From: a virus
Length of the DNA: 64,000 bases
IMG/VR virus record: IMGVR_UViG_3300047560_000604
Location: 1-64,000 of that record
Strand: one strand, 5' to 3'
Part shown: positions 37,918 through 47,882 of the stretch, in pieces
Layout of the letters: every line of letters begins with the position of its first letter
How positions within the stretch are numbered: position 1 is the stretch's first letter
Made by a program: the position numbers and the translations under genes
The notes under the pieces: model-generated
The model's input: the letters and a program-made list of their open reading frames with translations, nothing else
Database searches by the model: none
Told to the model about the DNA's origin: nothing

Positions 37918-38916
37918 ATGACTACAGTTCGCATCGTTTCTGGCTCTTATCGCAACACCCCAGTTTCTAATCAAGTTTTCACATTAGTGAAAGGTTACCA
38001 ACTAGGTGCTAAAGGTGGTTTCGTTACTGTGAAGAATGAGGGTCAGTTCCCGGGTCGTAGTGACGAATTGCGTATTCAAATTGATAATCAACAATGTATT
38101 GAATTTGGTGCAAGTATGCCTGAGGTAGTTGAGACTGTTAAAGAAACTGAGACAGAAGCAATGGATCGTATTGCCTCACGATTCGCAGTGCTTGATGAAA
38201 TGTCTCGTGCCTGTATCGCAGGCGATATTCGTGCTATGATTGTGACAGGTCCTGCAGGTATCGGTAAGTCACACGGTGTTATCACACAGATGGAGAAAGC
38301 ATCTATGTTTGACAAGATTCAAGGCAAGCGTCCTCGCTTTGAGATTGTCAAAGGTGCAATGTCAGGCATCGGCTTGTTCGCTAAGTTGTACAAATTCAGT
38401 GACAAGAAAAATGTCTTGGTGTTTGATGACTGTGACATTTGGGATGACCAAGATGCTGTTAACGTACTGAAGGGCGCTTTGGATTCAGGTAAGACTCGCC
38501 GTATCTCTTGGAACAAAGATAGTCGTTTGTTGCGTGACGAAGGTGTGCCAAACACTTTCAACTTTGAGGGTTCAATCATCTTCATTACAAACAAAACTTT
38601 CGATAGCAAAAAAGCAAGCAAGATGACACCTCACTTGGATGCTCTCCAATCACGTAGTCACTTCTTAGACCTGACTGTTGATACTGAGCGTGACAAAATG
38701 TTGCGTATCAAGCAAGTTCACCGTGATGCTGATGGTGGTTTGTTTGCTGACTATGACTTTACTCAGGAACAAACTGACGAAGTTATGGCATTCATTGAGG
38801 CTAATCATTCTAAATTGCGTGAAGTGTCTTTGCGTATGTGTTTGAAAGTTGCTGACCTCGTGAAGATTAGTGGTAACTGGCGTGAACTCGCTAAAGCAAC
38901 TTGTATGAAAGGTTAA
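37918..38916 (+). CDS. P-loop AAA-type ATPase
   Basis: GPAGIGKS, LVFDDCD, LKGALDS, IIFITN, ALQSR. Confidence 0.85.
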   Translation: MTTVRIVSGSYRNTPVSNQVFTLVKGYQLGAKGGFVTVKNEGQFPGRSDELRIQIDNQQCIEFGASMPEVVETVKETETEAMDRIASRFAVLDEMSRACIAGDIRAMIVTGPAGIGKSHGVITQMEKASMFDKIQGKRPRFEIVKGAMSGIGLFAKLYKFSDKKNVLVFDDCDIWDDQDAVNVLKGALDSGKTRRISWNKDSRLLRDEGVPNTFNFEGSIIFITNKTFDSKKASKMTPHLDALQSRSHFLDLTVDTERDKMLRIKQVHRDADGGLFADYDFTQEQTDEVMAFIEANHSKLREVSLRMCLKVADLVKISGNWRELAKATCMKG

Positions 38917-38917
38917 T

Positions 38918-39169
38918 ATGAGAGAACGTATCAACGAACTTGCCATCAAAGCTGGCGGAATCTGGCAGGGTGGCTATGTTGAGCAGGCTAACGGTGATAG
39001 TGTCTACACTGACCGGAAGTTTGTGAGTGGTGGCGACATGGATGTAGAACAATTCGCCCGGTTGCTGGTGAAAGAATGTGCCATAATTGCTAATCGTGCA
39101 GATAATACTGAAACTGAGATACGGTGTATGTATGATGTGATTACTGAACATTTCGGAGTTGAAGAATGA
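38918..39169 (+). CDS. MNERI-family small protein
   Basis: MRERINELA..EQFARLLVKEC..EHFGVEE. Confidence 0.75.
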   Translation: MRERINELAIKAGGIWQGGYVEQANGDSVYTDRKFVSGGDMDVEQFARLLVKECAIIANRADNTETEIRCMYDVITEHFGVEE

Positions 39170-39363
39170 CTAAACTAACATACACTGAATGGTTTGAAAA
39201 ATACGGCGGTAAGTTAAAAGACGGCGAATTTCAGACTGCACAAGAAATGATATCCGATTTTCAAAAATTACACGGACTATCTTTACAAAATGAAATTGAT
39301 AAAATAAACCAATCGGAATATCAGTTATACCTAGAGCGGTTTGCCGCAGGAGTTGAAGAATGA
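39166..39363 (+). CDS. Small hypothetical protein ending GVEE
   Basis: Coupled by the junction repeat. Confidence 0.75.
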   Translation: MTKLTYTEWFEKYGGKLKDGEFQTAQEMISDFQKLHGLSLQNEIDKINQSEYQLYLERFAAGVEE

Positions 39364-39632
39364 ATGAACGAATTAAAGAACTTGCTGAACAGGCTGCGAT
39401 AAGTTGTGGTTATTTTATTGGACCCAGGTTGTACATGACACACGAAGAAGAAATGGAAAAGTTCGCCGAGTTGATGATCGTTGAGTTTACCGAGGCTGTA
39501 AAAGAAACTGCTACTCGTGTTGCTCAAACTGCATTCAATGATGGTGAAGACGCAGTTGCAGTCCAAAAGCGAGTTGCTGGTGCGTTGCGGGTGTTGGATG
39601 TTATGCGTGAGCGTTTCGGAGTTGAAGAATGA
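39360..39632 (+). CDS. MNERI-family small protein
   Basis: MNERIKELAEQA..EKFAELMI..ERFGVEE. Confidence 0.75.
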   Translation: MNERIKELAEQAAISCGYFIGPRLYMTHEEEMEKFAELMIVEFTEAVKETATRVAQTAFNDGEDAVAVQKRVAGALRVLDVMRERFGVEE

Positions 39633-39877
39633 ACCACCGACTAGATGAACTTTATGAACAATCATTGTTATCTATCCCATACAGGATATGCCCCAACTCA
39701 TACAAAGAGATAGATGATCCAGCGGGTGACCGCATTAGGAAAGTGTTTGATCCCGAAACATTCGCCGAGTTGATTGTCAAGGAATGCCATAGTGTTATTG
39801 TTAAATCTCACAGGGGGCACATGAATCCCGATTTATCTTGGAATGCGGTTAAAGAACATTTTGGAGTTGAAGAATGA
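39629..39877 (+). CDS. MNERI-family small protein
   Basis: MNHRLDEL..ETFAELIVKEC..EHFGVEE. Confidence 0.75.
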   Translation: MNHRLDELYEQSLLSIPYRICPNSYKEIDDPAGDRIRKVFDPETFAELIVKECHSVIVKSHRGHMNPDLSWNAVKEHFGVEE

Positions 39878-40077
39878 CAGACTTTGAATTGGTACAACGT
39901 TTTCAATCATGGGAACGTGAACTTAATCAATTAGGCTACAAAGTGTCTGCAATTAATATGGGCTTTTATATTCATAATAACAAAGGTACGATTGTTGCTG
40001 ACGTTTCTAGTGTAGATGGCTTGCGAGGATTCGCACAGGGTATTGAGTATATGAATTCATTAAAGGATAAAGAATGA
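39874..40077 (+). CDS. Small hypothetical protein
   Basis: ATGA coupled. Confidence 0.7.
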   Translation: MTDFELVQRFQSWERELNQLGYKVSAINMGFYIHNNKGTIVADVSSVDGLRGFAQGIEYMNSLKDKE

Positions 40078-40394
40078 ACTTTGGATTATGGCTACTCAAG
40101 CGCATGAAGCGTAAAGTCTTCGGTGGTGAGTGGGGCTGGCTATACAAGTATCGTCAATTCATTCAAGAGGAAATGGCATTGTCTATTCTGATGACTGTCA
40201 TCCTCGGCGCTATATGGACAATAGTAGTGGGCGTGATTTGTGCTTGGTTAATTGACAGCGGAGACACATTGCGAACAGTAATGAAGTGTGTGGTTGCTTG
40301 TCCTCCCTTGTTCTTTGTGTATAATTGGATCTATGGGTTATATCAGATTTATGATACTGAACGAATGGCTACTTGGAATAGGCTTAAAGAATGA
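40074..40394 (+). CDS. Membrane protein (2 TM)
   Basis: ALSILMTVILGAIWTIVVGVICAWLI; ATGA coupled. Confidence 0.75.
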   Translation: MNFGLWLLKRMKRKVFGGEWGWLYKYRQFIQEEMALSILMTVILGAIWTIVVGVICAWLIDSGDTLRTVMKCVVACPPLFFVYNWIYGLYQIYDTERMATWNRLKE

Positions 40395-40624
40395 ATGAAA
40401 AAGAAAATACATTCAGAATCTTAAAGGATGAAACACCTCTTATGAAAAGTTTTTGGTGTCGCATTGGCATTCATAACTGGACAATGTGGGGTGAACCTCA
40501 ACAAGGTGTACATGAAAATGTGTTCCTTTCAACTAAGCGTAAAGCGTTGTTCCAGTTTCGTCATTGCGGCAACTGTAATAAGATTAACAGAGGCAAGACG
40601 TTACTAGGTTCTATCTATCATTAA
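40391..40624 (+). CDS. Small Cys/His zinc-finger-like protein
   Basis: WCRIGIHNW..W..RHCGNC; similar to 51755. Confidence 0.7.
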   Translation: MNEKENTFRILKDETPLMKSFWCRIGIHNWTMWGEPQQGVHENVFLSTKRKALFQFRHCGNCNKINRGKTLLGSIYH

Positions 40625-40640
40625 ATTTCAATCACTTTCT

Positions 40641-40662
40641 GGGGACTTCGGTCCCCTTTTTT
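40641..40662 (+). terminator. Rho-independent terminator
   Basis: GGGGAC-TTCG-GTCCCC-TTTTTT. Confidence 0.92.
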
Positions 40663-40673
40663 CACCTCTAGTG

Positions 40674-40703
40674 TTGACTTCTGTGTACTAAAAGCTATAT
40701 ACT
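40674..40703 (+). promoter_or_regulatory. sigma70-like promoter; ATG 6 nt after the -10
   Basis: TTGACT-18-TATACT-6-ATG(40710). Confidence 0.7.
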
Positions 40704-40709
40704 AAGAGA

Positions 40710-41753
40710 ATGAAAAAAGTGAAACCTACAACAAAAGAACAGTTAATATACTTTTTTATAACCAACGTAAGTTTAGGAACTTACGATAAAAGATTCTTGT
40801 CTAATATAGAATCAATGAGCCTCATTGAAGGAAAACCATTGACCTCTAACCAAGTAGCATTGTTAGATAAGATAATCGCTAGGTATAGTAGACAGTTATC
40901 TAAAATGGAAATCAACGTAGATGAAATGTTGGCACTGCCATGGAACCTACAACCGATTGAAAGTCTACCACAATTCACTGAGGCTCACTTGAATCTCATG
41001 GAGGATGTATTTCTACTACATAGTCCATATAAGAAAGAATTCATCGATGAATTCAAACAAGCTGACATTGATGGTAAGTGGAACAAAGAAGACCGGTGCT
41101 GGACATTCCCTGCGTGTACTCATTCATTAAGTATAGCTACCTTTCTGATTGAAAAACATTATAACAAAGTAAACTACTGCGACCAAACTAAAGAGTTTAT
41201 AAATACAGCTAGTGAGTACAAGGATATGAAATATTGGAATCCTACTTACAAGTATATCAACGGTTCATTCTATGTTGTAGCAACAAATCCATATCTTGAA
41301 TCTGCAATTACAGATTTAGAATTTAACTTAGACCTTTCAGTCTTAGCTAGATTAGTAAGATATGGTGTCACTATTGATGACACAGTATTGATGAAGTTCA
41401 GTGAAACGTATTCGGTTGATGAAATAGCCTTTGCTATAGATCCTAAACCCAAAGTAGAAATAAACGATGATTCTATCATAGACAAGTTACAATCAATTAA
41501 AACAGATTGTGTTGCTTTTATGGAACTCACCGGCAGTTCTAGTAATTTTTTCAAAGGGTTGAAAGAGCAACTAAACGACACTGACATGAAGCAATTAACA
41601 CTATCAACCCGAGAGCCAGTCAATGATGCTTTCGTAGATAGTGAATACCCCGTGCTACTTGTATCTGGCTTTTGGACTAAATCCATGATGGATTCTCGTC
41701 AAGCTGCCAAAGTTATACACGTAGTAAACAGTAAACCAATTTTTATTAAATGA
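40710..41753 (+). CDS. Hypothetical protein upstream of UvsW
   Basis: Intact ORF, ATGA coupled to the helicase. Confidence 0.8.
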   Translation: MKKVKPTTKEQLIYFFITNVSLGTYDKRFLSNIESMSLIEGKPLTSNQVALLDKIIARYSRQLSKMEINVDEMLALPWNLQPIESLPQFTEAHLNLMEDVFLLHSPYKKEFIDEFKQADIDGKWNKEDRCWTFPACTHSLSIATFLIEKHYNKVNYCDQTKEFINTASEYKDMKYWNPTYKYINGSFYVVATNPYLESAITDLEFNLDLSVLARLVRYGVTIDDTVLMKFSETYSVDEIAFAIDPKPKVEINDDSIIDKLQSIKTDCVAFMELTGSSSNFFKGLKEQLNDTDMKQLTLSTREPVNDAFVDSEYPVLLVSGFWTKSMMDSRQAAKVIHVVNSKPIFIK

Positions 41754-43237
41754 AACAATGCAAAATAATCGTTAAGGATGAAGTTAACGTAAAAATAGAA
41801 GGACTCGAACTAACAGAGCGCAAGGCTCTGATGAAGAAGTTTGAGTATGAGAAGCCGGGTGCGAGGTATTTACCAAGTGTCCGGCTTGGTCGTTGGAATG
41901 GCAAGATTAGCTATTTCAGTCTAGGTGGTTCTAGTTTTGTAAACTTATTACCTGACATCCTTCCCTTCATTGACCAAGCAGGTTATGATATTGAGCTAGA
42001 AGACTTGCGTGAGTATTCTACTACGTTCAACTTCACCGAGTTCAAAGAAGATAGCTTCGCCGCGCACGTGTGGCCTGACAAGCATCCAATGGCAGGTTCT
42101 CCTGTTATGATTCGTGACTATCAGATTGAGATTATCAACAACTTCTTAAAGAATCCGCAATCACTACAAGAAGTTGCGACTGGTGCTGGCAAAACAATTA
42201 TGACTGCCGCACTGAGTTATTCAGTAGAGGGTTATGGACGTTCAATCGTTATCGTTCCTAACAAGGACTTGGTTACACAAACAGAACGTGATTACATTAA
42301 CGTGGGATTAGACGTAGGTGTATACTTCGGTGACAGAAAAGACTACGGTAAGACTCACACAATTTGTACGTGGCAAAGTCTTGGCAACATGTTAAAGAAA
42401 ACTAAAGCAGATGAAGCAGAGATTACAATAGGTGAATTCATTGAAGGTGTATGCTGTGTTATCGTTGACGAAGTTCACATGGCTAAAGCTGACGTATTGA
42501 AAGAACTATTGACAGGGGTAATGTCACACATTCCAATTCGTTGGGGATTGACTGGAACTATCCCTAAGAGTGAGTTTGATTATAAAGCTATCATGGTCTC
42601 ACTTGGACCTGTTATCGGTAAACTATCAGCAAAAGAATTACAAGACAAAGGCGTGTTATCAAACTGTCACGTTAACATCGTACAATTACAAGATAAAGTA
42701 GAGTTCAGTAACTACCAAACTGAATTGAAATATCTTCTTGAAGATGACAAACGATTGACTTCTATTTGTCAGTTACTTGAGAAGATTAAAGAGACTGGCA
42801 ACACATTAATTCTTGTTGATAGAGTGTCAGCAGGTAGAGCAATTCAAACAAGATTGAGTGAGGCATTCACTAAAGAAAGACTTGATTACGAAGTTAGTTT
42901 TGTGTCAGGTGAGACAGGATTAACTGAGAGGAAAGAACAGTATGATGAAGTGGCTACAGCTACTAACAAGGTTATTGTGGCGACTTATGGTGTGGCCGCT
43001 GTGGGTATTAATATTCCTAGGATTTTCAATCTGGTTCTTGTGGAACCCGGAAAGAGCTTTGTTCGAGTTATCCAATCTATTGGACGAGGTATTAGAAAGG
43101 CAGAAGATAAGGACTTTGTACAAATCTGGGATATTACGAGTTCCTGTAAATTCGCCAAACGACATTTGACACAACGTAAGACGTTCTACAAAGAGGCGTC
43201 GTACCCGTTTTCGATTGAAAAACTAGACTATAAGTGA
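41750..43237 (+). CDS. uvsW: SF2 DNA helicase UvsW-like
   Basis: IRDYQ, VATGAGKT, IVDEVH, GLTGT, QSIGRGIR. Confidence 0.93.
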   Translation: MKQCKIIVKDEVNVKIEGLELTERKALMKKFEYEKPGARYLPSVRLGRWNGKISYFSLGGSSFVNLLPDILPFIDQAGYDIELEDLREYSTTFNFTEFKEDSFAAHVWPDKHPMAGSPVMIRDYQIEIINNFLKNPQSLQEVATGAGKTIMTAALSYSVEGYGRSIVIVPNKDLVTQTERDYINVGLDVGVYFGDRKDYGKTHTICTWQSLGNMLKKTKADEAEITIGEFIEGVCCVIVDEVHMAKADVLKELLTGVMSHIPIRWGLTGTIPKSEFDYKAIMVSLGPVIGKLSAKELQDKGVLSNCHVNIVQLQDKVEFSNYQTELKYLLEDDKRLTSICQLLEKIKETGNTLILVDRVSAGRAIQTRLSEAFTKERLDYEVSFVSGETGLTERKEQYDEVATATNKVIVATYGVAAVGINIPRIFNLVLVEPGKSFVRVIQSIGRGIRKAEDKDFVQIWDITSSCKFAKRHLTQRKTFYKEASYPFSIEKLDYK

Positions 43238-43243
43238 TACAAT
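43215..43243 (+). promoter_or_regulatory. sigma70-like promoter; ATG 6 nt after the -10
   Basis: TTGAAA-17-TACAAT-6-ATG(43250). Confidence 0.65.
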
Positions 43244-43249
43244 ATAATT

Positions 43250-43750
43250 ATGCGAATTTTAACTTTAGACAACCAATACTATAACTTAGAGACACTACCA
43301 GAAGAAGTAGATGACTTACGCTTTGCTATCTTAGATAACAGCACACCAACAAACGTAGACTATCATTACATTCCATTAATCTTCTTAGAATCGTTTAACT
43401 CACCTGCTCTCGTATTGAGAGTGGGAGACAAGACTATAAAGATGCCGGTTGATTGGCAAATATTAATAGGCGAACCTGAAATGGGTGACTTAGAAACGTT
43501 ACCATTAACAAGTATCAATGATCGGGGATTCAAAGCATTTGAGTTTAATCCATTGTCAGCATTCAGACCCAGCTTTCAAGACATTGAGATTGTAGACATA
43601 TATCACGATGTAACATGGTATGCACCTCGATTGAAGAACGGACAGTTCTTATGTGTACCGATAGATGATACAGATAAACCCCGATGTGTTTACTTTGTAA
43701 AAGAGATTAGTAGAAACTGTGAAATCGTAGACTATCAACAGGCTTGGTAA
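43250..43750 (+). CDS. Hypothetical protein
   Basis: Intact ORF; TAATG coupling. Confidence 0.8.
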   Translation: MRILTLDNQYYNLETLPEEVDDLRFAILDNSTPTNVDYHYIPLIFLESFNSPALVLRVGDKTIKMPVDWQILIGEPEMGDLETLPLTSINDRGFKAFEFNPLSAFRPSFQDIEIVDIYHDVTWYAPRLKNGQFLCVPIDDTDKPRCVYFVKEISRNCEIVDYQQAW

Positions 43751-44346
43751 TGGCAACTAAAAAACCCGCAATAGCAAAAGACGAAAAGTTTGAAAAGCAA
43801 GACCTTGATTTGTTTGAGGCACTAGGTGCATTAGACAAGAAGGACTATGGATATTATTCTAGGCTCACGGAAGACCAGAAGAAGAAATTCTCTCACTATA
43901 TGATGACTACTTGGATGAGTATGGTAGATTCACGCAACAGTGAATTGCAAGGATACTATATTCGTGCCACTGATATGGCAGCGAACAAGCACATGTTCAA
44001 CGAAAACGTTCAACGTCATCCTGAATTGCAATGGTTGATGCTATGTGCTATTAGTCCTGGCATGGGTGCTCAACGTAGAAAGTGGATCCCGCATCTATCA
44101 CCTAAAGTTGCGATGTTAAAAGAAACACCCAAGGCTAAAGACATAAAAGAATATTACAGCAAAATCTATCCTGGAACTAAAGACAGTGACTTGACTATGA
44201 TTAGTGATGTGTTTGTTAAAGAACACAAGAAGAAAGTATATCTAGCAAGTGTATACCCACTGATGAAACAGACTGACATTGAACTACTAGCACAAATGGT
44301 TACTGATGAAGATATTGAACAATATGAGCGAGACCGAGGAAACTAA
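43750..44346 (+). CDS. Putative clamp-loader small subunit (gp62-like)
   Basis: DLFEAL.ALDKKD..Y..L..KKF..YM..WMS..N..HP.LQW.ML pattern. Confidence 0.55.
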   Translation: MATKKPAIAKDEKFEKQDLDLFEALGALDKKDYGYYSRLTEDQKKKFSHYMMTTWMSMVDSRNSELQGYYIRATDMAANKHMFNENVQRHPELQWLMLCAISPGMGAQRRKWIPHLSPKVAMLKETPKAKDIKEYYSKIYPGTKDSDLTMISDVFVKEHKKKVYLASVYPLMKQTDIELLAQMVTDEDIEQYERDRGN

Positions 44347-45022
44347 ACCAATATATGGTTGTGAATTTTGTAATCGTAAATTTGCAAGAGAACGCACATT
44401 AGTTTCCCACATCTGTGAAACAAAATCTAGATGGCTTAGTAGAGATACCGCAGGCAATCGTTTGGGATATCAATGCTTCTTGCAATTCTATAAAAAGAAT
44501 ACAACAGCAAAGAAACCCAAGCCATACGAGGAGTATATTCGTAGCCCGTACTATACTGCGTTTGCTAAGTTCGGTAGTTACTGTGTTGATGTGCAAGTTA
44601 TCAACGTAAGTAGATATGTTGATTGGCTATTGAAAGATAGTATCAAGCTAGATAATTGGGCAACTGACGCAAACTACACAAAGTTCTTGTGTGAGTATCT
44701 TAGAATAGAAGACCCATTTGATGCTATTTACCGAAGCGTTGAGAAGTGTGTTGAATTGGGTGAGGCCCAAAATATATTACCAAATGATGTGTTGAGATTT
44801 GGGAATGTGAACAAAATCTGTTACGCCATAACAACGGGCAAAATCTCCCCCTGGATGTTGTATTGTAGCGACAGTGGTACCCAATTTCTAGCTAACTTAA
44901 ATGAAGATCATGTTAGAATAGTCATAGATTATATAAATCCACAACAATGGGCATTGAAGTTTAACCGTGACGAAAATCTTAAACAACAAATCAGAGACAC
45001 GCTCCAAGCCGCAGGGTACTAA
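44324..45022 (+). CDS. Hypothetical protein with N-terminal C2H2-like zinc finger
   Basis: YGCEFCNRKF.RE.TL..HICE. Confidence 0.8.
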   Translation: MSETEETKPIYGCEFCNRKFARERTLVSHICETKSRWLSRDTAGNRLGYQCFLQFYKKNTTAKKPKPYEEYIRSPYYTAFAKFGSYCVDVQVINVSRYVDWLLKDSIKLDNWATDANYTKFLCEYLRIEDPFDAIYRSVEKCVELGEAQNILPNDVLRFGNVNKICYAITTGKISPWMLYCSDSGTQFLANLNEDHVRIVIDYINPQQWALKFNRDENLKQQIRDTLQAAGY

Positions 45023-45206
45023 AGTAACACTTGATTGGCGGCACGGGCGTGATGGGACAGAATCATGGAATGAGATTTGTGCTTGGGTAATTGAGCAATA
45101 TGGTATGCCAGGCACACTTTACACATGGCACCCAACGGAAGACTACATGCAGTTCTACTTTCATAGAGAAAAGGATGCTATTCATTTTAGTTTGAGGTGG
45201 TTATGA
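44967..45206 (+). CDS. LRW-array protein
   Basis: Ends FHREKDAIHFSLRWL; start uncertain. Confidence 0.7.
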   Translation: MTKILNNKSETRSKPQGTKVTLDWRHGRDGTESWNEICAWVIEQYGMPGTLYTWHPTEDYMQFYFHREKDAIHFSLRWL

Positions 45207-45466
45207 AAGAACCCTATTTTGTTAGAGAAAGATACATTGTTAATGTATGTAGAGGTCTATGGATAGAGCCTTGGCCCAAATACTTTGATAACTTTTGGAA
45301 TCATTGTCTTGCTATTGGTCATGAAAATGAATGGCAAACTATCACTGTTGCTAACCATGAACTTAAACCATTAGGTGGTAAACTGATTATAACTAAAACA
45401 CAAGGGTGGTACTTACGTTGGGATGATGAAAAAACTCACGCATTTTTTATATTAAAGTGGTCATGA
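45203..45466 (+). CDS. LRW-array protein
   Basis: Ends DDEKTHAFFILKWS. Confidence 0.75.
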   Translation: MKEPYFVRERYIVNVCRGLWIEPWPKYFDNFWNHCLAIGHENEWQTITVANHELKPLGGKLIITKTQGWYLRWDDEKTHAFFILKWS

Positions 45467-45645
45467 ATCAACATAGTATCGCTATCGAAAGATGGACTTG
45501 GAAACATAGAAATGAAGTGAGAATGTGGCTAGTTGAGAACTTCGGTGTTCATGGTGGTCGCTGGTTTGAAGATCCTGACTACGGATTAGATAATCTAGTT
45601 ATGGATGAAGATGTTTATATGATGTATAGGTTGAGGTGGGAATAA
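45463..45645 (+). CDS. LRW-array protein
   Basis: Ends MDEDVYMMYRLRWE. Confidence 0.75.
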   Translation: MNQHSIAIERWTWKHRNEVRMWLVENFGVHGGRWFEDPDYGLDNLVMDEDVYMMYRLRWE

Positions 45646-45818
45646 TGGATCTTACTGAAGAACAATGTGACAAAATTTTTACTCCAAGTGAGGCAGAGCA
45701 AACTTGGCTAGTGTTACAAGGTAAATGCCCGCACAACGGCGGCTGGCGTCATGTGGGTCACGGTCATAACGATGACTGCTATGAATGTAAATTATGCAGC
45801 GAATCAAGATGGTGGTAA
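45645..45818 (+). CDS. Small zinc-finger-like protein
   Basis: CPHN..H.GH..CYECKLC. Confidence 0.65.
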   Translation: MDLTEEQCDKIFTPSEAEQTWLVLQGKCPHNGGWRHVGHGHNDDCYECKLCSESRWW

Positions 45819-45819
45819 C

Positions 45820-46065
45820 ATGAGACTGAAAGCGTTCAGAGGCAATCTGATGGCGCACAAACATCGCGGTAATCGCTGGACAGTGAGAGTTGCTGGCAAG
45901 ATTGATGATGAAGTGTGGTGTTGGTTAAGTGATAATTATGGCGAAGAAGATTTTGAAAATGGTCCCTGGGCTAGAATGTATGCTTCATGGGACTATTATA
46001 GTCACGCTACTTATGATGTAACAGACCCTAAAATTATTACTATGTTGAAATTGAGGTTTGAATGA
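45820..46065 (+). CDS. LRW-array protein
   Basis: Ends TDPKIITMLKLRFE. Confidence 0.7.
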   Translation: MRLKAFRGNLMAHKHRGNRWTVRVAGKIDDEVWCWLSDNYGEEDFENGPWARMYASWDYYSHATYDVTDPKIITMLKLRFE

Positions 46066-46379
46066 TTACAAGTGTATGGTACTCTACGGACGATCATAGA
46101 CCTTCTGTAGAGGGTTATTACCTAGCATACAAATTGCCTACTTTAGGTGATGATGAAGAAGGCTACGGGGTATACTACTGGGATGAGTTTTATAGAGACT
46201 GGAGAGAATCGAGTTCCCCTCAGTCACACGGCGTTAGAGTTAGCTTATGGTCAGAATTGCCACCACACGACCCTCGTGATAATACTGTACATCCACCCTC
46301 AGTAGCAGAAATTGACGCTTGGAATAATGTGATGAATGCCATTGACAAATTTAACATGGTGAAAGAGTTGAGTAGATAA
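46062..46379 (+). CDS. Small hypothetical protein
   Basis: WYSTDDHRP..GYYL..V..W..LP; coupled. Confidence 0.7.
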   Translation: MITSVWYSTDDHRPSVEGYYLAYKLPTLGDDEEGYGVYYWDEFYRDWRESSSPQSHGVRVSLWSELPPHDPRDNTVHPPSVAEIDAWNNVMNAIDKFNMVKELSR

Positions 46380-46723
46380 TGTTAGAAGTTGTGAACAAGA
46401 TTCTCGGAATGTTTGGTAAAGACATTCAAGCGAAAGCTACCCGAAAGATAGCAAACCCCGGTGACCAATTTAGCCCATTTAAGATAGTAGATGGGTATAT
46501 TGGGTTTAAACCTTTCCTAATTATTGAGAATCAAAACGAAACTATGTTATACTCACATGACTGTGTAGCAATTGATACCCGGTCAGAAGTTGAATTATGG
46601 ATACTTGACCAACCAGTTCACATGTGGAAGTATGCAGAAGAATGTGATGATTGTCACCCTGCAATGACAAGATTTTTAGTAAACAAAGAATTATTAACTT
46701 GGATGGAGTTAAAATGGAATTGA
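46379..46723 (+). CDS. LRW-array protein
   Basis: Ends NKELLTWMELKWN. Confidence 0.7.
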   Translation: MLEVVNKILGMFGKDIQAKATRKIANPGDQFSPFKIVDGYIGFKPFLIIENQNETMLYSHDCVAIDTRSEVELWILDQPVHMWKYAEECDDCHPAMTRFLVNKELLTWMELKWN

Positions 46724-47151
46724 ATCACTTATCAGATAATGAATTGATTGAGCATATCATTAGATATGATAATGACCCTGTGAGGGTTCGTCTTGCCACT
46801 CACATGCAACGAGTTAGTGGTGCTATCATTGATGACTTGCTTGATGCTGGTATGGATGACACATGGTGTAATTTTGATAGTGTTGTGAATGGTGCTCAAT
46901 ATCACCCCGGTCGATATATTACGCACCTTGAGAATGAAGTTGAATATCTTAACGACAAATTATCCGACGCCCTCAAAGAAATCAAAGAACTTCAAGCACG
47001 AACTATCATGGACTTTATCGGTGAACTTAAACAAGAGATTAAGACTGTAGAATGGTGCAGAGATGAGGCTTACAGAGATAGAGACAAAGCACAAGAGAAT
47101 GAAAAGTTGATGAAAAGTAAACTTAGCATGTGGGCTGAGTTGAACAGATGA
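46714..47151 (+). CDS. Coiled-coil hypothetical protein
   Basis: GGAG SD; heptad C-terminal half. Confidence 0.75.
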   Translation: MELNHLSDNELIEHIIRYDNDPVRVRLATHMQRVSGAIIDDLLDAGMDDTWCNFDSVVNGAQYHPGRYITHLENEVEYLNDKLSDALKEIKELQARTIMDFIGELKQEIKTVEWCRDEAYRDRDKAQENEKLMKSKLSMWAELNR

Positions 47152-47372
47152 ACGATAAAGTGAAAAGTTTTATGGAACAATGGTTCGGTGAAGAAGAACT
47201 CAATGACAAGTACTGGCCCTATCAGTTTACTATCAATGACTGGCAACGTATTCGTGAAACTGAACGATTTTGCTATAACAGTTTTAAAAGTGGTAACTGG
47301 CGCAATCGTGGAAGATACTTTGGATTCAAACGTAAGCAAGATTACGAATGGTTCTTATTAAGGTGGCTATGA
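47148..47372 (+). CDS. LRW-array protein
   Basis: Ends FKRKQDYEWFLLRWL. Confidence 0.8.
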   Translation: MNDKVKSFMEQWFGEEELNDKYWPYQFTINDWQRIRETERFCYNSFKSGNWRNRGRYFGFKRKQDYEWFLLRWL

Positions 47373-47626
47373 GAGTAGAGTTTAATCAAGGCGTACCCGA
47401 AGGATGTAAGCAATGGCTTTGGGATAATGTCGGACCCGGCAATATAACATTGACTAGACCTGGTATCATTGACACAAAAGATAGTCCCGAGTATGCTTGG
47501 TTCTTTGAGCGTATTAAGAAACCAACAACCCCGGAATCGTTTTATGACGACCCATTTTATTTTGTCCCTACTATCACAGTGAAAGATGAAAAGATGGCAA
47601 CAATATTTGCTTTGAGGTGGCTATGA
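47369..47626 (+). CDS. LRW-array protein
   Basis: Ends VKDEKMATIFALRWL. Confidence 0.8.
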   Translation: MRVEFNQGVPEGCKQWLWDNVGPGNITLTRPGIIDTKDSPEYAWFFERIKKPTTPESFYDDPFYFVPTITVKDEKMATIFALRWL

Positions 47627-47871
47627 TGGATTTAGAACTTGTAAAAAAGATTGTGGCTAGACAAGGGCAGAATGAGTTTCTCAAAAAACCTATCGTATTG
47701 CCACCCGAAGCAAAAGTTGTCACTGGTCAAATGAAGGAAGATGCTTACTTACATTTCCTAGAAACTAACTGCGGGGTAGAGATACATTTGTCAGAATATC
47801 ATAACGAGATAGTTGGGTACAATGTCATTGATGAAAAGAAATTTTCTTGGTTTGTATTGAAATGGTCATGA
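47623..47871 (+). CDS. LRW-array protein
   Basis: Ends IDEKKFSWFVLKWS. Confidence 0.8.
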   Translation: MMDLELVKKIVARQGQNEFLKKPIVLPPEAKVVTGQMKEDAYLHFLETNCGVEIHLSEYHNEIVGYNVIDEKKFSWFVLKWS

Positions 47872-47882
47872 AGGGACAATAA

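Larger units (their letters stand above)
39155..39877 (+). repeat. Four copies of GGAGTTGAAGAATGA at gene junctions
   Basis: At 39155, 39349, 39618 and 39863; each encodes GVEE-stop plus SD and ATG of the next gene. Confidence 0.92.

Noticed and set aside
39155-39877. CRISPR array or integron attC sites
   Set aside because: Repeats are 15 nt, coding and non-palindromic, with 200-270 nt gene spacers; no cas or integrase gene
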